DNA of 64,000 bases from Lingula anatina (lineage: Eukaryota > Animalia > Brachiopoda): contig CM120644.1 in the NCBI GenBank assembly GCA_051362555.1, positions 8,440,954 to 8,504,953 of the forward strand, given 5' to 3'. How positions within the stretch are numbered: position 1 is the stretch's first letter; each line of letters opens with the position of its first letter. A program made the position numbers and the translations under genes. Shown here one piece after another: positions 27,762 through 40,507 of this stretch. The notes beneath the pieces were generated by a model. It saw only the letters and a program-made list of their open reading frames with translations, was not told where the DNA came from and did not search any database.

Positions 27762-29038
27762 ACTAACTGAAATGTATATTATCACATACTGTGTCAAAGG
27801 AAAACAAGACACATCGTTTTGAGATTCATGGAACTTTTCATTCAGAGATATTGCAAGTATATTCTAGAATGTAATATTTTTGTTAGAAATAATTTCTGAA
27901 AATTGCGTTTGTTTACTTTTTAAGAGAAAACAAGTACGTAAGGAGGGTGGGCGGGTCAGTAACTGCGAAGTTGGTAGCGTGGCGTGCACGGTCATTGATC
28001 TCTATCCTTTATCAGCTACGCCACAGATCAAACATGAATTGAGTCAAAAGCTATCCTGGCTCGGCGCCATGAATGCCATACTTCCCTTTCATCAAAAAGA
28101 GAATTATCAAGAAAAGTTTATTTTTCAAAAGCCACACTTTTGCTTTACCCGATCATACATTTTGAATTTTTAATGCCCTCTTCCCGTTTGGGCCCCTGCT
28201 TACCAGTGCTGTTTGTGTGGTCATACAATACCCGGGACAACTCCACAAAAGACATTTGAAATGACAAAGACTACTCAAAACTTAAAATGCCAAGGTGTGA
28301 ACAGCTTTGGCTCTCATCGTGCTCTCTGACGCCACAGGTGAAGTCAAACGTAAGCAAAATAAAATTAAAGAATCTGAAGTTCCGGAGAGGCTTATATGTA
28401 CATCCAAACTGTCCCTCTCCGTGACAAGGTAGCTATAGAAAATATCCATTTGAAGGCTTTTCCTCGAAGCATCTGCGGCTCCGTGATAACTTCGCCGTCT
28501 TGGACATCGTTAGACACGTATACGTGGGTTTGAATTCTAGAATGATAACTGTTTCTTTTTTGTTAGAAATAATTTCTGAAAATTGCTTTTGATTACTTTA
28601 AGAGGAAACACGTTCATGTGGTCGGTTCATTCATAGAGCGATCGGTAGCGTGCACGGTTGCAAAAAAAAAAAAAATGTCAGTTCAGCGAAACAATACGCT
28701 GATCCCGGAATCGGAAAGGCGCGAAAACGAATGCAGGCACTCGTGCGTCCGTACAAATTACTTTTTGCATAAAAAACGGTGTAACATTCATAGAAGTTCG
28801 CTAGGGACCGTAGTTTGTTCCCCATTTCTTTGCACAGGTGACATTCGTCTCATATAGGCTACTAACCCCAATACTCCAACTAATCCTAACCCGTACTAAT
28901 CATATGGGACCCCGGACTACCATTCCTGTCACACCGGTACAGTTAAATAATAACTGAAATTTAAATTAGCATATTCTTTGTCAAAGCAAAGCAAAACTGA
29001 GATTTATTGAAGTTTTCTTTCAGAGGTATTACAAGTAT
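27762..29038 (+). repeat. Degenerate local duplication in the convergent intergenic region
   Basis: 27861-27992 resembles 28534-28660 (TTGTTAGAAATAATTTCTGAAAATTGC shared exactly). 27762-27860 resembles 28951-29038. Confidence 0.7.
28780..28933. mobile_element. 154-bp Ginger1-type MITE (TGT...ACA, ACGG/CCGG flanks)
   Basis: ACGG|TGTAACA ... GGACTACCATTCCTGTCACA|CCGG. The right end read on the minus strand (CCGGTGTGACAGGAATGGTAGTCC) nearly matches the Ginger1 left end at 33770 (CCGGTGTGAACGGAATGGTAGTCC). Confidence 0.6.
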
Positions 29039-29583
29039 TTAAAAACAATACCTGTAATACCTCTGTTCACATAATCGTGTTTAATGGATTTATTACTACA
29101 AAATATAAAAACAATGTAGTAATATTTTTTTGCAATTTGCTTCACTAATTCTTTAGAATTCGTATCGATTTGGAATGTCTACTCTTGCCACAAGTTACCA
29201 TTTCCATCCACAAACCACACAAAGCCGATATAACATTGATCAGAACGACTGTGCTAGTTTGGAAATGTGTTTCATGCCAGATAGGCTTTTGTTTGGCTCC
29301 ATCAAAATGATCTACTGTAATGCCTTATTTGTGTACAAATAAATATTTAGGCGTCTGCATGTAGATTTATTAACGTCATTAGATAACTATATGAAACAGA
29401 AACACCCATCGCACTTAAGAAATGAAAATGCGAGGTTGGGCAACCTGATCTCCGTCCAATGACGCTCGTCCGGTGACGTTATTCAGGCTATAATCGATTG
29501 AGTTGGTTCTGATGTGAGCACGGCAGACTATTAAGTATGTGTTTTGGAATGGAGCACCCCAGAAATATTGATAAGACAATATA

Positions 29584-29704
29584 TCAACACTTCTTCTCAA
29601 CGTCGTTGTAGATATCCACTATGTCCGGCCACCCTTCTACTGCCATCAGTTGATTCTGGGTAAAGTACCGGGTCAGATCGCCCTGCAATTAAACAATCAA
29701 CCAA

Positions 29705-29739
<35 letters not shown>

Positions 29740-32700
29740 ATATCAATGCTTGAATTCGTTTATTACTTTCAGGGACTGTGACCTAAGGTAACGAATCTGA
29801 GGGTTCGTGTAACAGAAAGTCCACCCTCCTTTAGGTATAATGGTTAGGGTTAGCCTGACCCAAGTGGGTCAAAATCTAGGGCATACATGTACCTGTATCA
29901 ATGAATGGAAACGGACTCTCTGCCTTATCTATCTTAGAGGGCTCTTAGAGGACTCTCTGACACGTTACACAAACTGAAAAAGTATATGTAGGTGATGGTT
30001 GAGGAGATGTATTTTATTTCATTGGAACAATTTCTAAGTGGTGAATGTAACAATTTGCGTTAGCATCTGGCCATATATACTCACTTGCATACACTCGTGC
30101 CCGAACAGTTTCACCAGTGCTGTTAAACACGGTTGTTCGCAGAAATGTTCTGGGCGACATTTAAACAAAATCTCACTGGCAATTTTTGAGGCAACTGATT
30201 TCAAAAACGATGTCACGTGACAATTTCCAATCCACCCTTCTGAAATTAAAAAAAAAGACATAGATAAATTTGTAAAAGTATGGTTTAAAGCTAAAAGATG
30301 AAACAGTTGGGGGCGTTCAAATTCCAAAATGGCGTAATTTGCAATTTTCGCCTAAATCTGACGTGTGTGATTTTTTCCCCAAAGCTTAGAAAACTTCTAA
30401 ATGGAAATTGTGTCTCTATATATGTCTTCCTCTCGGTGGTATTTCTGTCAGATGCATTTATCAGAAGAGTTATACATGAAAAGAGGAGTAGTGTATACTT
30501 ACTAGTGGGCGCACAGTCCCCGGCGTCTAGGTCCTGGTACTGAATGCAACGGTCAAAGTGAGGCAAAGCGGGGAAATGGCTGACAAAGGCATAGCACATT
30601 TCATCCTGAATCAATAAGTTTTAGTGCTAATGAAAATAATTCTCATGAAATGAGTTATGAAATATACCGAAAAAAATAGAATTGACTTTTTTATTCGGGC
30701 AAAACGACTTTATGACTCCCTCGTTGCTGTATGTCTTGGACTATTTCATGATTTGTAATAAATGTGAAGAAAATACTTATGGAAACTACGGCTAACAAAA
30801 GTTAGAGATAGTTGGATTTCGTAAAAGTGGACAAAATTGAAATATTAATCTAAAAATGAGTAAACGCAACAGTAATTTGCATGTGCGTGGTAGAGCATGT
30901 GTGAAGCTTATAAAATATAATATAAAACTCTTCATAATAGATAAAATTAAGGCGACTGCATATAAAAAGTTGTTATTAAAGGTCCCATCCTTACATCTGA
31001 TCCAAGACCGAACGAGGTAGTATTGACGCGCATCTTTCCCGGGGAGAGCGTGTCGTACAAACATCGAAGCACTATTTCATCGCCGGGAAGGACCTCTATC
31101 GGTGGATTGTGTTCGTGGATGTGGGGTTTCAAGTTGTCGTAAAAGGGGTCGTAAGCTATGAGATTCAGCAAACGACCACCTCTGTATTGCTCTAAAGAAC
31201 CAGCTACTCCTTGAAGAAGAAATATAGCCTCTTGTTTGTCCATTATACAAAGCATTTGCGTTGTGTTAAAATTTTCTTATTAATTTATCTATTTTTATAT
31301 GGAGCAACATTAAAGTGCCACCACTAAAGAATGGTCTCGCATGAAATACAGCAAACCATAAATGTGCGAGTGTGTTCACGTTTGTTTATGAACACGTAGG
31401 ATATAGTAAAACCTTTAATTGGATATTGCACAGTTCAACTAGCGTTGTGCGAAGTGAACATGCTCTAATATTTAATTTACCAGCGCCATGCATATGCAAA
31501 TTAGTCTTCGTGAAGTAAACAGGATGCAGGAGTTGTCTCCTAGAGCAGTCTGAACTGCAGCCACCATGTTGTTCAAAGCGGTCCGACAATGGTGGAATTT
31601 CTAGAAAGGTTTGTCCAATTTGCACGTTGCCTAGATCGTACTGGCGGAGCTTTGGTGTGTAGTAGATTCTCATCCCGGAGCTGTCTGTAAATTATGAGAA
31701 ACGACAAGAGTTGTACCTGTATGTCAGACTATCAAAACACCTTCGAAATTGTCAGGTTTTTGTTATCAAATGGCACAATTCGTAGAAAACTGGTGCATTT
31801 TAATTTTTATGACATTTCAGATGCATGTAGATCCCGAGCCATTATATTATATTTCAGTTCCGTATCACCAGCGAGCACGTAGATACAGGGCAACTGTAGC
31901 AAATATTCTTGAAATAACAATAGAAACATTTAGTGCATATGATTTGCGACGGTTTTTCTTATAGCTAAATCTTATTTACTCAAAGCTTGGTACCAAGAAT
32001 ACAGTCACATTATTTCGTTATCCACCACGTTTTGCTTACCAAAGTAACCTGTGTTAAGTTCTGTGTTGGCCCAATGAACCTGTAGTGCCATTCGCTGTAC
32101 ACTTCCCCTGCCAAACCTGACGCCAGCGTTCTGGTGAGTACAGATCTGTCCCTCCAGCCCCAGGGTCCAGGTTGCTAGCCATTTTTCACATTTTAAGTCA
32201 TTTTCTTCACATTTGTGCGGACCTTCCTAAAAGTATAAGGCATAGTGAGACGAGGTTTATAATACATATAACCAAACTTTGGTGGCTTAGTAATCTAATA
32301 GTTTTACTACACATTTATGAAACAGGCACAAGTAGACTCAGGATATTGAGGAGCAGAGAAGACAAACCGAGTTGAAAGCAATATAGTGCTGTATAGTTCA
32401 TTTGCTGACTGCAATTAAAAAGAAGACATGGGCAAGAAGTAAAAGAGGAACGCCCTGAAACTTCCCTAAAGTGGTGTCATTGACATTTCTTACCTGAACA
32501 GCGACGTCATTATCACAGGCGTAAAGTATCATGTGATGCATGACGCGCTTGTTGTCGATAATTGGTTCAAATGCGACAGCATGATAAGCAGCGGCATGGG
32601 GAACCTGGAAGAACTGAAACTCTGTTATATCATGTCTAAGTGCATGCCAATCCCATGGTGCAGTTGGTAAATCAATTTAAAACAGTAACGCGTAGATCAA

Positions 32701-34028
32701 GCTTACACGAATCTCTTAAACATGAAACGGGTCATTTATTTTTAAAGTTTTTTTTTTTTTTTTTTTTTTTGAACGCTTTGGTTTATACTAAACTTTTTTA
32801 AGCAAACAAGGTAGGAACATCTTAAATAAAAAACAGATATCAGCGAAACCGCCCCTTTCCATAGGCAATAATGATAGCAAACAACACAGCTGATGAAAGT
32901 CATGTTTTAATCAGGACACATGTATTAATGTGATGCAAATACTTAAATTTCAGTAACACAAAGTCTTTAGGCACCCGGTAGATAAGAGCAAATCAACAAT
33001 TTGAAGGCAGACGGATGTCTCGACTGTGTTTATTGACTTTCTATTTGCAACAACAGTATACAACCAACTGCACCAATAGACTGCAATTTCAGGAGTTGAT
33101 TCTATTGCATATACATTGGGTATTATGCCAATAAATGACATTCGTCATTGGTGACTGTACTGGTATCTGTATTGAAGCGTATCTGACTCGCCAGGTAATA
33201 ACAGGAAATTAAACAGGACGTTCTGCCAACCAAGCTTTTAAGTTAACAGTGTGTGGCTGTGTGCGTAATCAATACGTCGATCAACGTGTACATTTCATAT
33301 GCTATGTTAACATGACTTATTACCTAATTATGTCGCTACAGTAGAAAACCTTTATTGACATCGCATGTTATACCTGTGATGTAGATGTGTATAAAGAATT
33401 GTCGCAATGACATATTTATAAATATACTATTCCCGTTTGAATGTCCATTCTTTACAAAGAAAGGTTAGATCAATTCAATTGATAATTTTCGTAATTTTAG
33501 GTCAAATGTCTGTATTTGAAGAGGTTGTGAAAGGGGTATCATCATTGAATGGAGATCTTGCAAATAAATATATCAACAAGCAGAGACATCTAAGCTTCAA
33601 ACGTTGCTTAATAGGAGTCAGCTTATCACTTAGTATATCAACTATTGATTGTTTGACATCACAATCACCTTGCAATCAGCACGGTCTAGGGCAAACTCTT
33701 TCAGAATATAACTTAGAGGGGAGAACAATTCAACGCCTCTATTTGCGCTAGGCAATTACATGCTCAGTGCCGGTGTGAACGGAATGGTAGTCCTAGTAAC
33801 GCATGTCCGACCGGACACTAAGTCCTGGGAACGTAAGTCCTAGGTCTAGCGTTGCTAGGAATGGAGGTCCTAGGACATACGTTACTAGGATTTAACGTCC
33901 GTAGGACAACAATTACCAAGGAATGCATGTCCCACCGCTAGGAATCTTAGTCCGGATGGGACCTGTTATCCTGATTTACACTAGGAATATATGTCCGCTC
34001 CCATTTTTCTCTCGTACTTCAAGTGAGT

Positions 34029-34059
<31 letters not shown>

Positions 34060-36282
34060 TTACCATTACTTTAAAAATATTTCACCTAAACAAATACAAT
34101 GGAATAAAAAAGGTATATGAAGAATAACACTTGTTACATTTTCATATATTTATTTCAGTTCTTTTATTTATTCATCTGCAACATAAACTTTCAAATTTGC
34201 CCTGTTTACGGCGCCTTTCAGTGTGCACCCGCCTTCAATTTGGAGGATGTAAGCTCCAGATTTGGATATCCCCTTCACAACGTAGGCCCCAGCCAGGGGT
34301 TTTCTTGTTCTCCCCCCTTTCTGTCACTCCTTCGTAAACTTCTTTTCAACACTTTTGTTCACACGGTAAGTACCTGTAAAATTAATTTAGATACCATAAG
34401 TTGTCTTGATTACCATCCTCCATGCCTCAGGCTTGTTCACGGGAATAGGGTTAAGCGGTGGAGAGCCGTTGTTGCTCTTTTTGTTGACACGCTGACATTT
34501 GTCACATTTTGAAATGAACTTTCTGATGTCGTCTACCATGTTTGGCCAATAATATCTCTGTTCAACCTTGGCCAGTATCTTTTCTCGTCCTGGGTGATCA
34601 CCTTAAATTTAAAAACAAGGAAATTAATACATCGCATTTTATAGACACTTTACGTTTTTCAATGTCTGGAATTACGCCACACAATTAAATAAAGCAACGT
34701 ATGTATACGAATACGAAATTCTTTAAATACATACTTACCAAGCGGTGATGTATGCAGTGTATCCAATTTTTTTAAACTTCTCTCCTGTTTCTTACAACTT
34801 TTCGCCATACTTCACCAACACCATTATCATTATTATCGTTATGCCCTGCATCTGCTACGTCCCTCACTTTCCTCTTACTAACTCTGTAATAGAGCTTGCC
34901 TTGTTCAATCTGAAATAAGCATTACAATATGCATATATGTGTACTCATGATGTTTTAATGAATTATTGACCTAGACTACTGTTATTTTGTTCGAGTTTAA
35001 AACCGAGAAAAGGAATCGTAAGCAGCTGTCCCTGGACCTAAATTCCCAGAAATGGTAGTCCCCGGACCTAAAATCCTAGAAATGGTAGTCCTCTGGACCT
35101 AAAATCCTAGAAATGGTAGTCCTCTGGACCTAAAATCCCAGAAATGGTAGTCCTCGGACCTAAAATCCTAGAAATGGTAGTCCCCCGGACCTAAAATCCC
35201 AGAAATGGTAGTCCCCCGGACCTAAAATCCCAGAAATGGTAGTCCCCCGGGCATAAATACCCATGAAATAGTAATCACCTGCAGGGCATTTATTCAAGGA
35301 ACATAGGTCCATTGGACACACATCCCTGGAATTGTATATCTGCGTATAACGTGGTGTGACCTCTAATAATATTGCGTATTTAACATCATGAAAATTGTAA
35401 GTTTACTTTACAATAAGACTTGCTTGTTCTCCGAATAACTCTTTTCTGTGTTGGTGTTGTCTCGATAGGATACGTGCCCTCCTGAAGATATTGGAAAATA
35501 ACTACAACTTCGGGCCTGGTCCGGATGCTGCTTGTTCCTTCCATATCAAACGTCTAGTGAGGGTGTGGTATTCATATATGAGCGGTATTTGTAGTAGAAC
35601 AAGGTAGCGTGTGACATCTGGTTATGTCTGTTACCAATCAAAAATTTTGCTACGTGGCGAAAATGACGACCATGATAAAACAAAAGAAAAAATTCACACG
35701 AAAGTAAACATAATTTTATTTCTGTAAACGAAATTCGAACCTCCATCCACTTACACAATTACTCTGCACAGCATCCATTATACTTCACAACCTTACCACT
35801 ACACCAGGGTGACGAACTGGCAAACGGTCGATTTTACGGAGTACTTATATGTGCTCACTAAAGCATAATATTACTGCCAGTAGTCATTATCCACTAGTTG
35901 CTACTTTAAATGGTCGGACATAGTTATAGGGCGGACCTCCATTCCGTTGACTAATGTAAACGTAATGCAGGTCCGCCAGGAATAGAAGTCCTACCTTTTA
36001 TTATATCAGGAATGCAGGTCCCATTAGGACTACTATTCCTCAGGAACGGTGGTCTGTAGGACCACTGTTCCTAGGAACCGAGGTCCGTAGGACCTCGGTT
36101 CCGGGCGGACCTGCATTCCGTTCACACCGGGAATCCACATAAAAGCAGGTGCCCTTGTGTCTTCAGAATCCCGCTATTGCACGGAAGCCAATCGTTCCTT
36201 AACGCCCCATTTACACGAATTTTCGTGTACTCTCTCAATTGGCCGCAGCAAATTGACCGAAAATTGCAAGGGGATCAATTTG

Positions 36283-36347
<65 letters not shown>

Positions 36348-37946
36348 TTCAGCACAAAGTAATAACAAAAGTCTCCCAAACTGTCTCTCTTAGAGTCCGT
36401 CACACTGTATCCATCTTTATCACTCTTCATCTGTCTTGCGTTTGCAACTGTTCACAATATTTCGCAAATATGTAGGAGACGAAAGCAAAGGACAAGCGAG
36501 ATTTGTGAGAGTTGCCAATGACCGCGTCCGTGACAGGGTCGCATCCCTCTGTAAATTGGGTATTACTTACAATTGCATATACGGGGTCATTATGCCGACC
36601 TCCAACATAGTGCCTAGCTGATGCACGACAGTCACGATGATAAACTGTGTTTTGCTTCATTTGCGTTAATTTGTCTCTCTCTAATGAGGCAACTGGCTTC
36701 ATACCAGGCGCCAGCCGGGATTAATGAGATACAGCCCTAGCTGTTTGAAGCAAATTGTTGCATCAAATGCATTATGATGGCTTGCGCCTTAATTGGCACG
36801 CGGTTACTCATAAATAGAAGGAATCATTAACAGAAAACATGCAGATTAATTTACCAAGAGAGAAGAATGCCTCCTCAATATAATTGAATATTATTAAGCA
36901 AGCGCATGGTTTGAGGCAATATCTGATTTCAAACACGGATATGTTTTTCTTTTCTGAAGCAAACGGAAACTGCTCTGAAATGGTACCGAACTCCAGTATA
37001 ATCGATCGTCAGTCGACTGATTCCAAATGACAGGTTTGTCTATTTCTTTTTTTTTTTTTTTTTTTGGATGTCAAAGGCAATGAATACAGCAGTTATCCAA
37101 AAGAAAGTCTTGTATAGAATTTCGATCATTTGATGCAAAAGGCGATCAAACAAGACCAAATACTTAATTCTGAATCTGCAAAACTTTGTAAAAGCTTGCT
37201 GAATTGTGTCAGTAAACGATGATGTCTGCAAAGCACAACTGAACAGTGTTAATTTCAATCCAATTCAATTCATACATATAACAACGCATACATTTTATGA
37301 CCCTGTGAACTGATGTCATATATCGAATTCAGTAAAAAAAAACTGAAAGCAAAACACGGGCGCAGAGACACACGCCCTTTGGGATAAGATGTTGATATAC
37401 CATTCCACGAAGATTTTGCATAGCTGAATTTGAACACTTTTGGATTTTACACAAAAACATATTTTTTATCACTTTCTGAGCTGTTTTGGTTAAAATGTCT
37501 TTAGAACATGTTGAATTAATGTTTTTTTCGCCCATTTCTGTCCAAAACACAAAATCACCAAAAGTGACCCCGTACACGATTTTCTCCCGTATTGGAAAAA
37601 GGCCAGCCTCGACTTATCCCTGGTTTTGTTACCAATTAGACCTTTTCCAACCTCTAGCCCCCCGTTTCCTCTAGTTTAACGTGTGTATCGAACTGGAAGC
37701 AATTATTCTAGTTAAAAATACACAACCTACCTCAAACTGTTGACAGACGTAATAAGTCGCTTCTACGGGTACTTTAGTCTTCGAGATTCGAACATCGAAC
37801 GACTGGACTCCTTCTTCCCGTGTTGCAGGACATACTTTGTCAGGTTGGCCGGACACGTGTACTTGCATGCACGTATTGGTGACTACTAGAAATACGACGA
37901 ACATTTCCGAGTTGCAGCATTGCAACAAATTCCTTAAAATCTCCAT
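29584..37946 (-). CDS. Copper type II ascorbate-dependent monooxygenase, DBH/TBH/MOXD1-like, secreted, without DOMON domain (429 aa)
   Basis: Exons (-): 37946-37731, 32604-32494, 32226-32040, 31684-31481, 31209-30995, 30605-30503, 30239-30085, 29682-29584 (TGA). Total 1290 nt, in frame. Motifs: TYYVC, VMHHMILYAC, WTLG, QVHW, DSSGMRIYYT, LHMHGAG, PGDEIVLRCLYDT, GLGSDDEMC. The true start could be the second Met (MFVVFLVV, 37904). Confidence 0.9.
29703..29742. repeat. (AAAT)n microsatellite
   Basis: Tetranucleotide run in the last intron of the monooxygenase. Confidence 0.9.
29788..29876 (+). mobile_element. Second copy of the 14.5-kb Ginger-type terminal fragment
   Basis: GTAACGAATCTGAGGGTTCGTGTAACAGAAAGTCCACCCTCC...GGTTAGGGTTAGCCTGAC aligns with 14517-14606. 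Confidence 0.6.
34169..35544 (-). pseudogene. Ginger1 integrase/transposase remnant (YPYY + H2C2 zinc finger + GPY/F, DDE core missing)
   Basis: Exon 35544-35407: MEGTSS...FQYLQEGTYP...QKRVIRRTSKSYCK. Exon 34909-34739: IEQGKLYYR...(frameshift)...LHTSPLG. Exon 34601-34414: DHPGREKILAKVEQRYYWPNMVDDIRKFISKCDKCQRVN. Segment ~34370-34169: QKGGR...WLGP/..VN.ANLKVY, with a stop and a frameshift. Confidence 0.82.
35030..35250. repeat. ~31-bp minisatellite (about 7 units) inside Ginger1 intron 1
   Basis: Unit GGACCTAAAATCC(C/T)AGAAATGGTAGTCC(C/T)(C), head to tail with no unique spacers. It shares AATGGTAGTCC with the element terminus. Confidence 0.92.
36285..36345. repeat. (TA)n microsatellite
   Basis: Perfect TA run. 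Confidence 0.95.
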
Positions 37947-38746
37947 TATGTAATCTTCGACTTGTGGACTGTCACTTGTTGAAATTTATGATAAGGTCTT
38001 GGTCACTAAATATTCCAATAAATGTAATTCAGCAAGTTGTTACTTCAAACTCAGCATAACACCAGTCTTGTGCCTTATTTAAATTTTTTTTGCAAATCAG
38101 GTGCTAGATTGAGTGCACTGCATTACAATTGTCTTGATACGATTCCAGTACGTCGAATATTCCGCATGATATCTCCAAACAGTCTATATACATTTGGCTC
38201 CATACTTCACACAAACTGTAAACAAGAGCACAGTACCGTCTATGAGAAACATTTTGGTCAGATTGAAGCCTAAGCAAGAGTTTTCTCAGGCTTATTCAAA
38301 ACGCCATTAATGTGTTCTTATTACTGCAATTCCCATATCCATACACAAAATGAAACGTTAGGCTACACCCTAATGAAGTCACCCACACGCTTATTTAGAA
38401 TAACTGCAGGAAACGGATCACTAACTCTGCTTCTTCTTGTTGCAGTATGATGGAAAAGGCTACAATGGCAGGGTATTGATTTTATTGGACACCCCCGTGC
38501 TCTAATGGAGAGTCATCAGAGCTTTTCTTGGCACTGCTGGCACCAAACATCCGATGGCTCAGCAGGCAACCTAAGCATTACAGTGGGTCCATTTACAATA
38601 GAGGCTTTTAAGGTCAGGGAAAAAGAGACAGGGGCATTTTGCGGTAAGCTGGCGCTGATTGCGTGACCGTTTATGAGCAGATGCCACTAGTTTAATTTGC
38701 ACACAACTAAGGAAAAGAAGCAGCTGATACTCTTCGTATATTAACG

Positions 38747-38994
38747 AGGCCTTATAAACTGATAAGGCGTTTTACCGGCAGATCTTTTAGCACTAACGCC
38801 CATATTAATCACAAAACCCGAAAATAAACCAACACACCGCACAATTATTTAGCACCAACAAAGCAATACCTAGAACTAACATTCATTCGCTCTGGTAGTG
38901 CTGGTTAATTTGTGGGTTATGTGGTTAATATGGGTGTTAGTGCTAAAAGATCTGCGAGTAGTGTTAGTATACGCCTAGTCCGTTTATAAGGCCT
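38747..38994. mobile_element. ~250-bp foldback MITE-like element
   Basis: AGGCCTTATAAAC...GCAGATCTTTTAGCACTAACGCCCATATTAA pairs with TTAATATGGGTGTTAGTGCTAAAAGATCTGC...GTTTATAAGGCCT. No clear TSD. Confidence 0.7.
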
Positions 38995-40507
38995 GGGTCA
39001 CGTGCCTTGGTTTTCAGGGTGTCCACAAATATTTACTGGTATAAAACAAGTAATCCTCAAGTACTGTGACAATGAGGGCGTTTACTGGTAAAGGGAATAT
39101 AGGGAAGTGATTGTTAGACTTGATACACAGGGCACAGATAAAGTGCCAAAGGGTGATTGTGAATAATGTGCATTAGTGTACAACAGAATTTTATAATCAC
39201 ACGAGTCGCGGAACTGATTTCATTATCGATGTCATGCACTGTGGATAATGGTAATGTTTTCATCACTCAAGCCATCACAGGAATAATTGAATCGAATATT
39301 GAAATACGACGCCATAGTGGTAAATGCCAAGAAATCAGGAAATTGTCTCATAGAGCACCTTTAAGCTCTCGTGCCAGAATGAATAGTTAAACGCATGCGG
39401 TTTGTTCACTGATCTTTACTGACTGACGTAGAAATGCCAAATTTACTTGCCTGACAGGCTTAAACTTAGAATGACAATATGAAGGATATCATATGTATTT
39501 ATGCACATTCGTGTGTGGTTGAAAGACATGTTACGCGGCAATTGAAAAGGAATTTAAGTCCTTGCCAGGGTTAAACGTAGAAGAAACGCCTACAGACGTT
39601 AATGTGTATTTGAACGCTTGTTTTCATTGGAACTGTTAAACAGCATTTTCAGAAAAAAATCACCAAAGTATTTTTCAGATTTTTCATAACATACGTCAAC
39701 TGAAGTGTTCCCACTAAAGCAGACGTTATTATTAATTTCAAGTACAGAAACTATGAGTAATAGCAGCCATTCAATACTGACAATATTTAATAATATCTTT
39801 ACTTGTTTTGAATACGAACAAGTTATTCCAATCAAATGACAGCTTGATTAACTCTATGAATTAATATCACCCGTCCTCCAACCATTTCTTATGACAGCCG
39901 TCCATTGATAAAAAAGAAATATTGTCCAAGTAACGATGAGTTTTTACATCAAACGCTTAAACGTACTATTGGGGATTGATGAATGTATTTATTATGACAG
40001 GGTTCATCTTTCCGTACTTACTCAGTTATTTGTCATATTTATTCCAGCCATAAAAGAAGATAAGATGACATGGATGGGTTCCTGGCTATTAAAAAGCTGT
40101 GAACTCGGTTGGGCAGGTTTACGCAAAGCAAAGGGCTTTGGAATTTGGCTTTTGCACAGAATTGAAATGTCTACTATTAGTTTTACCTGAAACAAAAAAA
40201 AAAATGTTGTGAATGGCATTAATCTGCGCAATTCTATCTATCTGTATAATTCGCTTTGAATATGTAAACCTTGATAAGCATAAAAGATATTGGTAAAACA
40301 CTAGTATACAAATGTCATATCAGGGTTGAGGGGGACACAACCAGATTCTCTATACCCTCTGCAATTCAAGATAACAAATGTAGGTCATGTTAAGCTACAT
40401 TGACGTGTGCATTTGGTGGAGTTAAATCGGTTGGACCAGCACGACAAAATCAACAGCAAAAAATAAAAGAACTATAGAACTATTGATATTCTGAGACAAC
40501 GATCAGA

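Larger units (their letters stand above)
33774..36126 (-). mobile_element. Ginger1 DNA transposon, internally deleted, with spliceosomal introns
   Basis: CCGG|TGTGAACGGAATG ... CATTCCGTTCACA|CCGG, i.e. TGT/ACA termini with a CCGG TSD, plus subterminal GGA...TCC repeats. Carries an integrase-type pseudo-ORF on the minus strand. Located in intron 1 of the monooxygenase. Confidence 0.88.

Noticed and set aside
34117-34512. 131-aa plus-strand ORF
   Set aside because: Antisense shadow of the Ginger1 integrase remnant, with no recognisable motif.
35030-35250. CRISPR-like array of ~31-bp repeats
   Set aside because: The units are head to tail with no unique spacers, no cas genes are present and the context is eukaryotic. 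It is a minisatellite inside a Ginger1 element.
36157-36393. ORFs with YIYIYI, SLSLSL, ERERER or CVCVCV runs (also near 41.7, 43.9, 48.9 and 58.9 kb)
   Set aside because: These are translations of dinucleotide microsatellites.
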